The notes beneath the pieces were generated by a model, which was not told the origin of the DNA, ran no database searches, and saw only the letters and a list, made by a program, of their open reading frames with translations. From NCBI GenBank assembly GCA_038496445.1, contig JALMLS010000238.1, positions 1-33,834 on the forward strand: a stretch of 33,834 bases of DNA. Direction: 5' to 3'. The stretch's first letter is position 1; every line of letters starts with the position of its first letter. Shown piece after piece: positions 1-9,600 of this stretch. Source of the stretch: Trichosphaerium sp. ATCC 40318 (lineage: Eukaryota; Protista; Tubulinea). The translations under genes were made by a program, and so were the position numbers.

Positions 1-300
1 GTGCATTATACCATATAATTATACCATAAAACATGGTACTATACCATGGTATTATACCACATTTTTACAGTATATTATACCATGCATTATACCATATAAT
101 TATACCATAAAACCACGGTACTATACCATGTATTATACTGCATTTTAAAGTATATTATACCGTGCATTATACCATATAATTATACCATAAAACATGGTAC
201 TATACCATGGTATTATACTGTATTTTAAAGTATTGTATACCGTGCATTATACCATATAATTATACCATAAAATGTGGTATTATACTGTGGTATTATACCG
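1..300. repeat. Tandem repeat, ~80 bp unit x ~3.7, built from TATACC/GGTA sub-motifs; probably the subterminal array of a DNA transposon, truncated by the window edge
   Basis: Units (g/a)tgcattataccatataattataccataaaa start at 1, 82, 162 and 242. They contain small palindromes such as catggtactataccatg. Confidence 0.9.
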
Positions 301-615
301 TATAAGTATAAGTTAGTCAAAGCTCACTTGGTCTGCAGTTGATTTAATAGCATATGGACCTACGCAAACGCCATACCACACAATGCTTTGACAGTAGCTG
401 TTATTGAACATAATTGGCATATAAATGTGTGAAAAACAGTTTTAAGAGAGAAATCTGGTAACGCGCCCCAATTACGGGCGTTTTAGGGATAAATTGGCCA
501 ACTTTCTCCAATTGACGGTATTTGAGGAAGAAACCACTCCGCGTACCCCATGTTAGAGCGCTACAGTGGCAGACACACCAAAAATGCGTTTAGCGCTCGA
601 AAAATGCCTATTCGC

Positions 616-643
616 AAAAAAACCTCCAATTGGAGGTTTTTTT
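616..643. other. Perfect 28 bp palindrome (hairpin)
   Basis: aaaaaaacctccaattggaggttttttt is its own reverse complement. Confidence 0.9.
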
Positions 644-836
644 CCCGGCTCTCATTTTTTTCTCCTCTCCATAGGCATTTTTACACTCAATCAACACCAT
701 ACAGCCTCATTTACCAAATCAGGAGCAAAATTATTTATTTTTTTTTGAAATTCTTGATATATGCCCCAATGTGTGTTAAAACGCGTGATTAGTGTTATAA
801 GGCAAAGTTGTTTCAAAGCCTACCCATTTTTCGAGT

Positions 837-880
837 TTTTTGGGTTTTTTTGGATTTTTTTGGATTTTTTTGGTTTTTTT
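837..880 (+). repeat. 10 bp minisatellite (tgg[a/g/t]tttttt) x4
   Basis: tgggtttttt tggatttttt tggatttttt tggttttttt. Confidence 0.85.
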
Positions 881-1459
881 CCTACTAAACGCCCACATTT
901 ACCGGAACAGATAGCATTTAGGCTCTGCACCCATGCGTTGACCTTACGAGTGATATTGTAAACTAATTGGCTAAGCCAGGACATAAAACTAAGTCTTGAC
1001 CAGTTTATCGCCCACACAACACAAGGTACGCTAAAAAGTAGTTGTTTTGAAGCTGTTTGAACCTAGGTTTTACAGGCTAGATAAAAAAAAAACCAAGATG
1101 TGTTAGCTAACAGGTACGATTCTGCTAGAACTTGTTTCTGATGGAGTTGGCAGTTATTTTCATTTCTTTGTTTTAATCTTGGTTTGGCTTCACCGCACAG
1201 GTCATTTGTTACTCTCAGCGCTGTCACCACAACAAAACAGCAATTCTTGTACGACTATTTATTTTGTGCATCAAGCCTTTACTAACTCTTCTTTTAGTTT
1301 TCATGCTATGTCCATTCGATGCACTTACAGCAAGTACGATCTTTTTTTTTGAAGGTGTCAACTACTGCAAAAGAGAACATGGACAAAACCAAAGGTCACG
1401 GATGTAAACAAAAGAATGTATTAATAAATGTGGTTTTATTATTAGAACAGTTTTTACAC

Positions 1460-1782
1460 GGTATAATACACCTGGTTTTGTGGTATAATCTACCAAGTTT
1501 TAAGGTATAATATACCAGGCTTTGTGGTATTATACTGTGTTTTATACCATGTTTTATGGTAGAATTATACCATATATTGCATTTTTTTAGGTGAAAAAAT
1601 ATGGTATAAATTCGCACTTTCTACTGTATATTTATGGTATAATTTAGCTGTTTTATGGTATAAATCCTTTGATTTATGGTATATTATACTGGAATTTGTG
1701 GTATAAAATTGGAATCAATGGTATAATTATACCACAAATCCATGGTATCTACCATAAAAACAGCTCGAAAATTTTAGACCTG
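1460..1782 (-). mobile_element. Two nested right ends of non-autonomous DNA transposons with GGTATA subterminal arrays
   Basis: Dense ggtata(a) motifs are mostly inverted relative to 1-300. The blocks end at ...ctactg|TA (1626) and ...gacctg|TA (1782), i.e. TA-CAG termini as in TA-targeting DNA transposons. The left termini are not in the window. Confidence 0.55.
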
Positions 1783-2229
1783 TATAACAGACGGAGAAGC
1801 ATACATAGAAATCGTAGTATTGAAAGGGAACTCCTTAGCCGTAATGATATGTTCACTTTCGCTCTTGATTACTTCATGAATAGCACGTTTAGCTAGATTG
1901 AACTTGGCTTGAAGATCATCGGAAATGAATTGTTTGGGTCTAACACCTTGGATCAGATCTGGATAAATCTCGAGTTTAATAATCCACACGATTCTTCCTT
2001 GTTGAGCGCTTTCTTGTAATTGATTGTCATTGGACTTGGACATATCAATACATACTTTTTCGATCGTGTTTTTGAAGACTGAGATTCTTTGGATTTCAGG
2101 AAGTTCATCCATAACTTGGTCAATTTGTTGATTTACTGCCATCGTTGTTAATCGTTTGTAGTGAGTAGTGGTAATGGATTGGACCATGGTGAGGGCATTC
2201 ACATAATTTGCATACGTGTCATTATCCAT
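1774..2229 (-). CDS. Intronless hypothetical protein, 3' end apparently cut by a transposon; likely start MDNDTY at 2229, though the frame is open to 2607
   Basis: 277 aa ORF in the track with a helical, protein-like C-terminal half. The last codons ATA CAG GTC TAA run into the TA|CAGG element end. Confidence 0.5.
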   Translation of the reverse strand: MDNDTYANYVNALTMVQSITTTHYKRLTTMAVNQQIDQVMDELPEIQRISVFKNTIEKVCIDMSKSNDNQLQESAQQGRIVWIIKLEIYPDLIQGVRPKQFISDDLQAKFNLAKRAIHEVIKSESEHIITAKEFPFNTTISMYASPSVIQV

Positions 2230-2633
2230 AGTAGAAATTACCAAATTTTTGCAATTTTCTATATGAGCGAATTGCACTTTGGAAAGAAAATCTGAAATAC
2301 AAAATTTTCCACGTGATATTTTAAAATACAGATGAATATTGTTTTCTGTAAAGTAGGATTTTTTGTAAAAATGTTGATGATGAATTTTTTGTGGATAACT
2401 TGGTTTTGCCTTGGTATTGACTACGGACCATGTATCGTTGATACGCATGACTACAATGTCATACGGATAAATCATAAAAGAAGTATGTACAAAATGCTGA
2501 ATAATGGGTTTATTGTCACTACAGTGGTAGTTGTTATAACGTTCTAAATAATGTTTACTAAGGGGAAATGTATAGCTTGTAAGGTATAAAGTAGGCATAA
2601 CCAGCACTACCGTTATTCTAACTAGCGTAACAT

Positions 2634-3665
2634 CAGTAGTAAAATAGAAATGGGAATTTTTAAGTAATCCACCCTGTTTTCCTATGGGAAAAGTAGACGG
2701 AAAAACTCTTCCTTAATTCCCATTGAATTTATATGAAATTCCGTAAGTATTACTCATAGAATTCTTAAAGTATTACTTTTGGAATTGTGTATGTATTTTA
2801 TATAGAATTCTCTATGTATTCTTTATAGCATTTTTTAATGTATTTTTTGTAGATTTCAATAAAAAATACTGTATAAATTACACAAAATATTATTCGATAC
2901 TTTGGTTCAGATTTAATGCAAAGTCATTTTATTTATTGATCATTACAAAATACACACATCCTAAATAATACGTACAAGTTAAATACATCGTGTCTTCATA
3001 AACGAAAGAAGTAATTTGATTGCATTTGGTTTTGAGAGCCTGAACAATAATTAATGCGTTTGTAAACGCTAAATTAAGAATGCATAGGGTTTTTTGATAA
3101 ATTAAGTGGAAATAAGCTTTAAAAACAACGTACTTGGAGTTAATGCTTTAAATACATTCTTTAATGGTGTAATAAGGCTGTTGCAATGCTTTAATCATCC
3201 TAAAACAGATAAGTAAGAGATATTTATGTTTAAGTGATTTTCCAAACCACCTAAAACGCGTTCTCTGTTACTTTTTGGATTAACGCACTTTAACCTGTAC
3301 CATTGGTTTTTGCACCTTTAATAATAGCATGTGGATATTGTTTGCTAGAAAAACCTATGTACCTAAGGTGTCGATGGTTTTTTGCAAATATAAAACTAAA
3401 CCCTAACCCTAACTTAATTTGTACTTTCATAAACCTCAACCCTAGCCCTAACCCTAACCCTAACTAAATTAGTACATTATTTGCTGGATTTTGTACAATA
3501 ATTCTGAAAATTCCGTATTTAAGGGAATATTATGGTAATTCTATCAAAAATCCTGCCATAAAAAAAAATAAAAATAAGAATTCTTCACAAATTACCTTAA
3601 AAATCCCTAAAACAAAGGAATTTAGTGGGATTTATATCCAAAATCCTGTTTTCATTTTACCACTG
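2634..3665. mobile_element. ~1.03 kb non-coding TIR element (MITE-like) with an apparent AT target duplication
   Basis: Left end cagtagtaaaatagaaatgggaattt resembles the reverse complement of the right end, cagtggtaaaatgaaaacaggattt. 'at' flanks both sides (2632-33, 3666-67). No ORFs; very AT-rich. Confidence 0.7.
3396..3466 (+). repeat. Interstitial telomere-like (CCCTAA)n repeats in two blocks
   Basis: ctaaaccctaaccctaact ... aaccctagccctaaccctaaccctaact. Confidence 0.85.
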
Positions 3666-3715
3666 ATAATAGTTAGAACGTAAAATAGTGAAGAGGTGAT
3701 GCACTCCCCGCGCAG

Positions 3716-4081
3716 TTAAGGCGGGCTCACTATCTGACCACTGTTATCCCATACCCTAAATATGCCTTCTTCTTCTCCATTAAGCATCTCTCCTTTTAAA
3801 TATCTTCCATCACTGTACCACCTCTTCAATGAACCGTGTTTCAAACCTTTCGAAAAAAATTGTTCACAAACTAAGTTGCTGGAGTCATCCCATTTCTTCT
3901 CTTTGCCATGCTTCATTCCTTGTTTCCATGTTACTATTCCTTTAATCACACCGTTTTTATGCCATTTACGCCATTCTCCATTCTTTTGGAGCAGCGAATC
4001 AAAACGAGTCATCAAAGCACTTGTTTTACATAACGTAGGCCTACAACTAGGCATCAGCAACATAAATAGAGTACACAACAT
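3716..4081 (-). CDS. MORN-variant (YwqK-like) repeat protein; termini uncertain, possibly spliced or partial
   Basis: Repeats KNGEWRKWHKNG, KHGKEKKWDDSS, KHGSLKRWYSDG and EEGIFRVWDNSG. Confidence 0.75.
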   Translation of the reverse strand: MLCTLFMLLMPSCRPTLCKTSALMTRFDSLLQKNGEWRKWHKNGVIKGIVTWKQGMKHGKEKKWDDSSNLVCEQFFSKGLKHGSLKRWYSDGRYLKGEMLNGEEEGIFRVWDNSGQIVSPP

Positions 4082-4438
4082 GCCACATGATGAATACTTC
4101 CTTATCTAAGTTACATATAATTATTTGAAGTTCAGATGGTAACCACAAAAGCCCAGGTATTGCTTGCATTGTACAAAAGAAAAAATATGAGGCATTGACT
4201 TATTCTCATAAGCCATGGACTGCTTCTTAGTTGAACTTAATGTAGCCAGTGAACAATATAAATATGATCAAAATTAAATGTGAAAAGCCGAAAGCTTTCA
4301 TTTTACAGCAGGATGACAATTTTTAACACGTGTTTGTTCATTACATAAAATTAAATGTCAGAAAAAAGATAGGTATACAATGGACCGCCTTAGAAAGGTC
4401 CAGTTTGATGTTGTTGTATTAAGCAAGCTGGTTTTTTA

Positions 4439-5864
4439 TTAAGTTGGAGATACAGACGCTGTAAAAGTTTGTTTTGGGAGAGAGTAAGGAAATATACGTT
4501 GTCTCAAAGAAGGTACAAGAAAAAAAAGTAAAGTCAAGATGATAAGTAATAACACAATAAGCACAACGATTATGATAACAAATACAGGGAACGACGCATC
4601 TCCCACCTTTGACTGAGTGCATTTTGGTCCAAAGAAAATAGAAAGTGTACCTTGCACACCTGAATTCTTATTGTAAGCACAACAAAAAAAAGGTTGTTTC
4701 TTTTCATTGTTTTCGTACTGTCTTGTATAAAGCATGCGCCATTTGAAGAGAGTGTAACATTATCAATAGAAACTGAGCATAAGCTGTTGTATGTAAAGAG
4801 ATCAATTGAAGAGTTAACCTAATACATAATAAACACAAAAGTGTATCTAAAAATAAAAGAAAACTCAAAAAAAAGAAAGAACAAAAATGATATCACCGTA
4901 CTTGTTCTGAAATGGTAATTGTGACATTTCCATTAAAAGTTAGACATCCAGTAGTTACTACCTTTGACTCTTCGTTTACAATAATAACGTTATCAACGAA
5001 TGTGACGTTTCCTGAACACAAATACTGAGCGACAAAAAAATACGCAATAAAAAGCGAATGGTATTCACCAAAGAATGTGCTAATCAAAAGGACTTACCTA
5101 GGAAGTTAATTGTTTGACTGACAATATTTGTATCTTCCATTACAATCTTTGGGGTGGTTATATCAGATTCACAATGAACAAACTGTAGTAGTTGCTCACA
5201 AGGCAAGTCGTTAAATCCTGTAACAAAAAAATCAAAAACACAGTTTCGACGATTACAATTCTAGTTTGTTTAAGCATTGTAATCACGTGTTACCCTTTGT
5301 TGCAACTTCCAGGCACTTCTCAGGATTTCCATTCGAGAAACTGGGTTCGCCTGCCTCAAAAAACATGTCCAAAAACTGTTTTGTGTTATTTTCTGCTGTA
5401 ATTACAAACAGATCTGTTTGAGTCATAGATACGTTGCTTGAAATCCAAAAGTAGGAAGACAACGCAACATAACAGGCATCACAACAATTTTGGCATCCAA
5501 GGCCGCAATCAGAACAGTTTCCCAAGTACAATGAAGGATCTTCAATGAGCATTACGCCCAGCCAATATTTTTCGTTTTGCGCATTAACTTGAGGTAAAAA
5601 GCTGTATGTCACGTTGTTTAGTACTTCTATGAGATTAGATCCCCTTTATGATATAGATATTAACAAAGAGCTACCCGTAAATACGCTAGTGTCGCTATTA
5701 AAGACGGAACGTCGTAAAAAGTGTCCACGTGATAGCGAAAAGACGTACCTTGTTGAGCTAGAGCATTCAGATTTTGCTTCTTCCCAATTCGATCGGCCTT
5801 CTGTGTAGATTAACAACCCACATAACATTAAGAACACTAGCGGAAATAGATAATTAAACGCCAT
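4439..5864 (-). CDS. Type I membrane protein with an N-terminal C-type lectin domain (multi-exon)
   Basis: Signal peptide MAFNYLFPLVFLMLCGLL. CTLD motifs NWEEAKSEC, YWLG, GEPS..N.EKC and FNDLPC, joined across GT-AG introns. C-terminal TM VFVIIIVVLIVLLLIILTLLFFLV followed by a short tail. Confidence 0.85.
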
Positions 5865-6055
5865 TATTAAGTATGAAGATGCCCCGCCGTAAATAAAACT
5901 CACAATAACTGTTTTTGACCACGAAAAAACACGAATATTCTCGAGTATCTGAATTATCTGGAATCTAGAGATATCTTAGATATCTGAAAGTCTTTAACGA
6001 TTGCTGCTTTCTGTACATAAGCTATTAAATTAAACCATAATACTCTTGGCTTGTA

Positions 6056-6568
6056 CGGTGTGCATAGATTTCGGAAAAAAATTTCTAGTTAAGTAGTTGC
6101 TTCAAGGCATAATTGGAACTGCCCTGAAGATATACCGTATTTGAGGTAGAAAAGTCCTGTTCCCTCTACCAAAACAACTATCTAAAAAGCACGGGTCAAC
6201 AAGTATTCAAGCCCGACAGTTAGGAGTTTTTGGCGTGATGGGTGACAGGAGGCTCGACGAACGCACAAATCGTAGTTGGTAGAACTACCTACCTGAGTTA
6301 TGGACTATATGACTAAAATGTCAAAAAAACACGTCGAAAAAATGTCAAAGTGATATTGAACTGTTCGCCACAAAGGGAGATAACTGGGTTCTGGCACTCA
6401 GTCGCCTCTAGGATCTACCTCCAAACCTTCCCCGTAAAGCTAACAAGAGGGGCCTTTCTAAATAGTTCAAAGGATAATTTAGTGTCGAATTTTTGACTTT
6501 TTTTTGACAAAGTTCATTTGGGTTTCCGCAAGGAGTATGTTTTACACACTTTTAACATTTCTGCACCG
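6056..6568. mobile_element. Possible ~510 bp MITE-like insertion at a TA site
   Basis: TA|CGGTG...CACCG|TA ends. Internal inverted (t)gtcaaaaa / tttttgac motif clusters at ~6315-6350 and ~6485-6510. The TIR is very short. Confidence 0.4.
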
Positions 6569-6607
6569 TAGGTATTAATTCAATGTTATTTTAATATTTT
6601 ATTTAAG

Positions 6608-9600
6608 TTATTCTGTACTCTGACCATCTTCAAATAAACTTGCACCAGCATCTCCTGCCTTCTTTGCATAGAATGTGGCAGCTTCAATATATCCAAGTTT
6701 CTTAAGATGAAAAGCGTAATCCAAGTGTATTGACTTTAACAATGTCTCAAGTGCAACAACTTTATCATTATTACCAAGTGTTGCTAGTAAAAACAATAAG
6801 CAACACACAAGCTAGATATGAACAAAAAAAAAAGAGCTGTAATATTCCAAAACGAGCCTACAATGTTGCGCAGCAAATCACGTGTTGAAGACATCGCTAA
6901 GTCAAAAATGTATAAAAAGGTTTGTTGTTAACGTACTTCCTTCCGGTGCCTCATTAAGTAAATCACATTCCTGACATGCCCTAGCAAATAGAGTAGCAGT
7001 ATCAAATTGTCTAAGCTTATGGAGAAGCTGTAAAACCTAGAAAAAAAAGAACAAAATAAGCAAGAATAAAAGTTACAATAAAGAAAGTTGTACCATATGG
7101 AACTCTCCTAGTGTAAGCAAGATATCTATTGATAGTTCTATATTACCAACTAAAATAAGATATTGAACCCATCTCATCATTACTGTTGAACATTCTTCCT
7201 CCTTTAATGTTATCTTCGCAAGCCATGCTGCATCAATCCATCTAACAGGGAAAAAAAATTAATCAATATAAACATTCAATTACAATAAATGACTACGAAG
7301 ACATTTAACATATAAAAAGTGATAGTGATGGCTACACAATACCACCAAATAATCGCAAAAACATAGAATTATTCTAAGCAGAATCTGTGATGCAGAGTTT
7401 TAAGCAAAAACGAAAAAGAAAAAAAAATTCAGGAAAGAAAAAAAAAGTATACAATTCACATACCTATCATAAGACTGTAAGTATCTACAAGCGTCCAAGC
7501 TTTTATCAATAAGACATAATAATTGTACACCTTCATCAAGGTTACCATTAGCTATCAAATTCGTAGCAACAAGCTTAACCTAAAAGCAGAAAACATTAGA
7601 GAAAATAAAACACAAAATAAAAGCTGAGCTCAAGCGCCGTTGTGAGATACTTACAGTATTTCTGAATGTATCAGGAGAAAGAGCAGCTGATACCACACAA
7701 GCCTTTAAAGCATCAGAATAGAACTTTGGATTATCACTAGGCGTTTCTAGAAGCATTTCTAATCAAGAGTGTTAAGGAACAATAGCGAGAAATGTAAAAA
7801 AAAACTTACCAATCGCTTTCTCCTTATTTCCAAGTAATAAATTAAACTCTGCTACTTTTTTAACCAAGTGATAACCAGAACCTACATAATAATGAAAATA
7901 GTTAAGATATGGATAATGAAGATCTTGAGAAAGATATGAGAAGCGAACCTTTTTTCTTTTCGTGTAGTTTAGCTCTTTCAAGTTGACTTTCTCTTACAAG
8001 CTCAGCAGGCTGAAGAAGATCAAAGTAACTCGGTACTCCATCAGTTGATGTTGTAGATGCATTGCTAGCAGAACCTGAATATTTGTAAATAAGAGGACAA
8101 TAATAACAACATCAAGATGAAATTCAAAAAACCAAACAACTTGTTTAACGTACGTGCTCCAAACGATCGTACTGGGACCAATCCCTCATTAGTCACTGAA
8201 CGAGCACGTTCTAAAGACGCTTTGCTACCAATAAACTCAGGGTGCTCAGAGAACTTTCTCAAAGCATTCACAGCAAGCGTCCAGAAGCGTATTTCTATAT
8301 TCAAAAAAACGCACGTGAGTATCATTTTTAAAGCACAATGTCGTTCTTTAAGATTGTCCCTTTACGTACCTCTTTTATCACCAAAAAATTTCGCAGTAAG
8401 TAAAGCACGTGTATCAGTGCCTTGGCATGCTTTTAAAGAATTCACAAAATCAGTGCCAATCATTCCACGTATATTCTTATTCAAATCAGAAAAGCTTCCT
8501 TGCTTCTGTAGATTTTTAGGAGCACTCTCCTCGAATGCATTAAAAGCATGCTGAAGCATAGCTTTTAGAAATAGGGCTCTAAAATGTAGTTAATACAAAT
8601 ACTCAAAAGCGTCGTCAGAGGAAACGAAAGATCGGAAGCAAAGAAAAAAATAAACAATCGAAGATTGACATACTGTTGAGGTGGTAGTAGAAGTGGGGAA
8701 TGAATAGGATAAGTAAGCGCTGATAATCGTATGGCGGAATTAGAAATCGTCAATGACTTATCTACAATACGAACACAGCCATCACTTGTAGCTAAATAGA
8801 AGAGTTAAAACTCAGTTAAATCGAAAACAAAAAAGTTACCAATGATGGGTTGCGTTTCTGTCAACCAATCAACATCAATTGCCTTTAACTGACGACTCTT
8901 AAAGTAATTACCGACACTAACCTATTGAACAATATTAGTTAACCCTAATAACACAAGATTTAAGGCTTAAACCTCATCACACTTACCCTCAGGTTATAGT
9001 CAAGATCCCAAATACCAAAATCACCATCATTGAACAAAACAAATATCTTATGAGAAGTACTTGATGGAGAGAATCTTATACGCCTTACAAGACCTCTACC
9101 TGTGGCAAATACCCTTTGATAGACATTTTAATAAAGTAATAGATGACAACCCATGACGTACTGTTGCTTTTTTTTCTGAAAGTTCCAAACATGTAAATTT
9201 CCAACAGTATCACCTGAAACTAGAAAGTGGTCTCTCCAAGCAATAGAAGAAATAATACCAACACCAATCTCTGCATGTATATTCGATGCGGATACAAAAT
9301 TATTTTCAACAACGTAATTACGTAGAGTGCCATCAGGTGTTGTAAAGACGAACTGTTCTTTGTTTGAATCAACTTAAAAAAAAAGTCAGAAAACAAAACA
9401 ACAGCTCAAAGAATCAAGATCATCAAGCCACAAATAAAAATGGTATTCAATTCGTAAATATGTGTACTTACTCTCTTTATTTCCTGTAAGTGGAGACCAT
9501 TCAAGTGCTGTAATTTGTGAAATAGGATGAATCTGACGCAATAAATTTCCTGTTTCCATATCCCATATTTGGAAAGGCCTAAAAAAAACTCCGATTAACT

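Noticed and set aside
1-300. CRISPR-like array
   Set aside because: The units are contiguous near-identical repeats without unique spacers, there are no cas genes, and the context is eukaryotic.
616-643. Bacterial intrinsic terminator
   Set aside because: The DNA is eukaryotic and no credible gene ends here; kept only as a palindrome.
550-1896. Short ORFs in the repeat zone
   Set aside because: They are low-complexity translations of TE repeats and minisatellites.
3396-3466. True telomere
   Set aside because: The tract is short, degenerate and internal to a TIR element.
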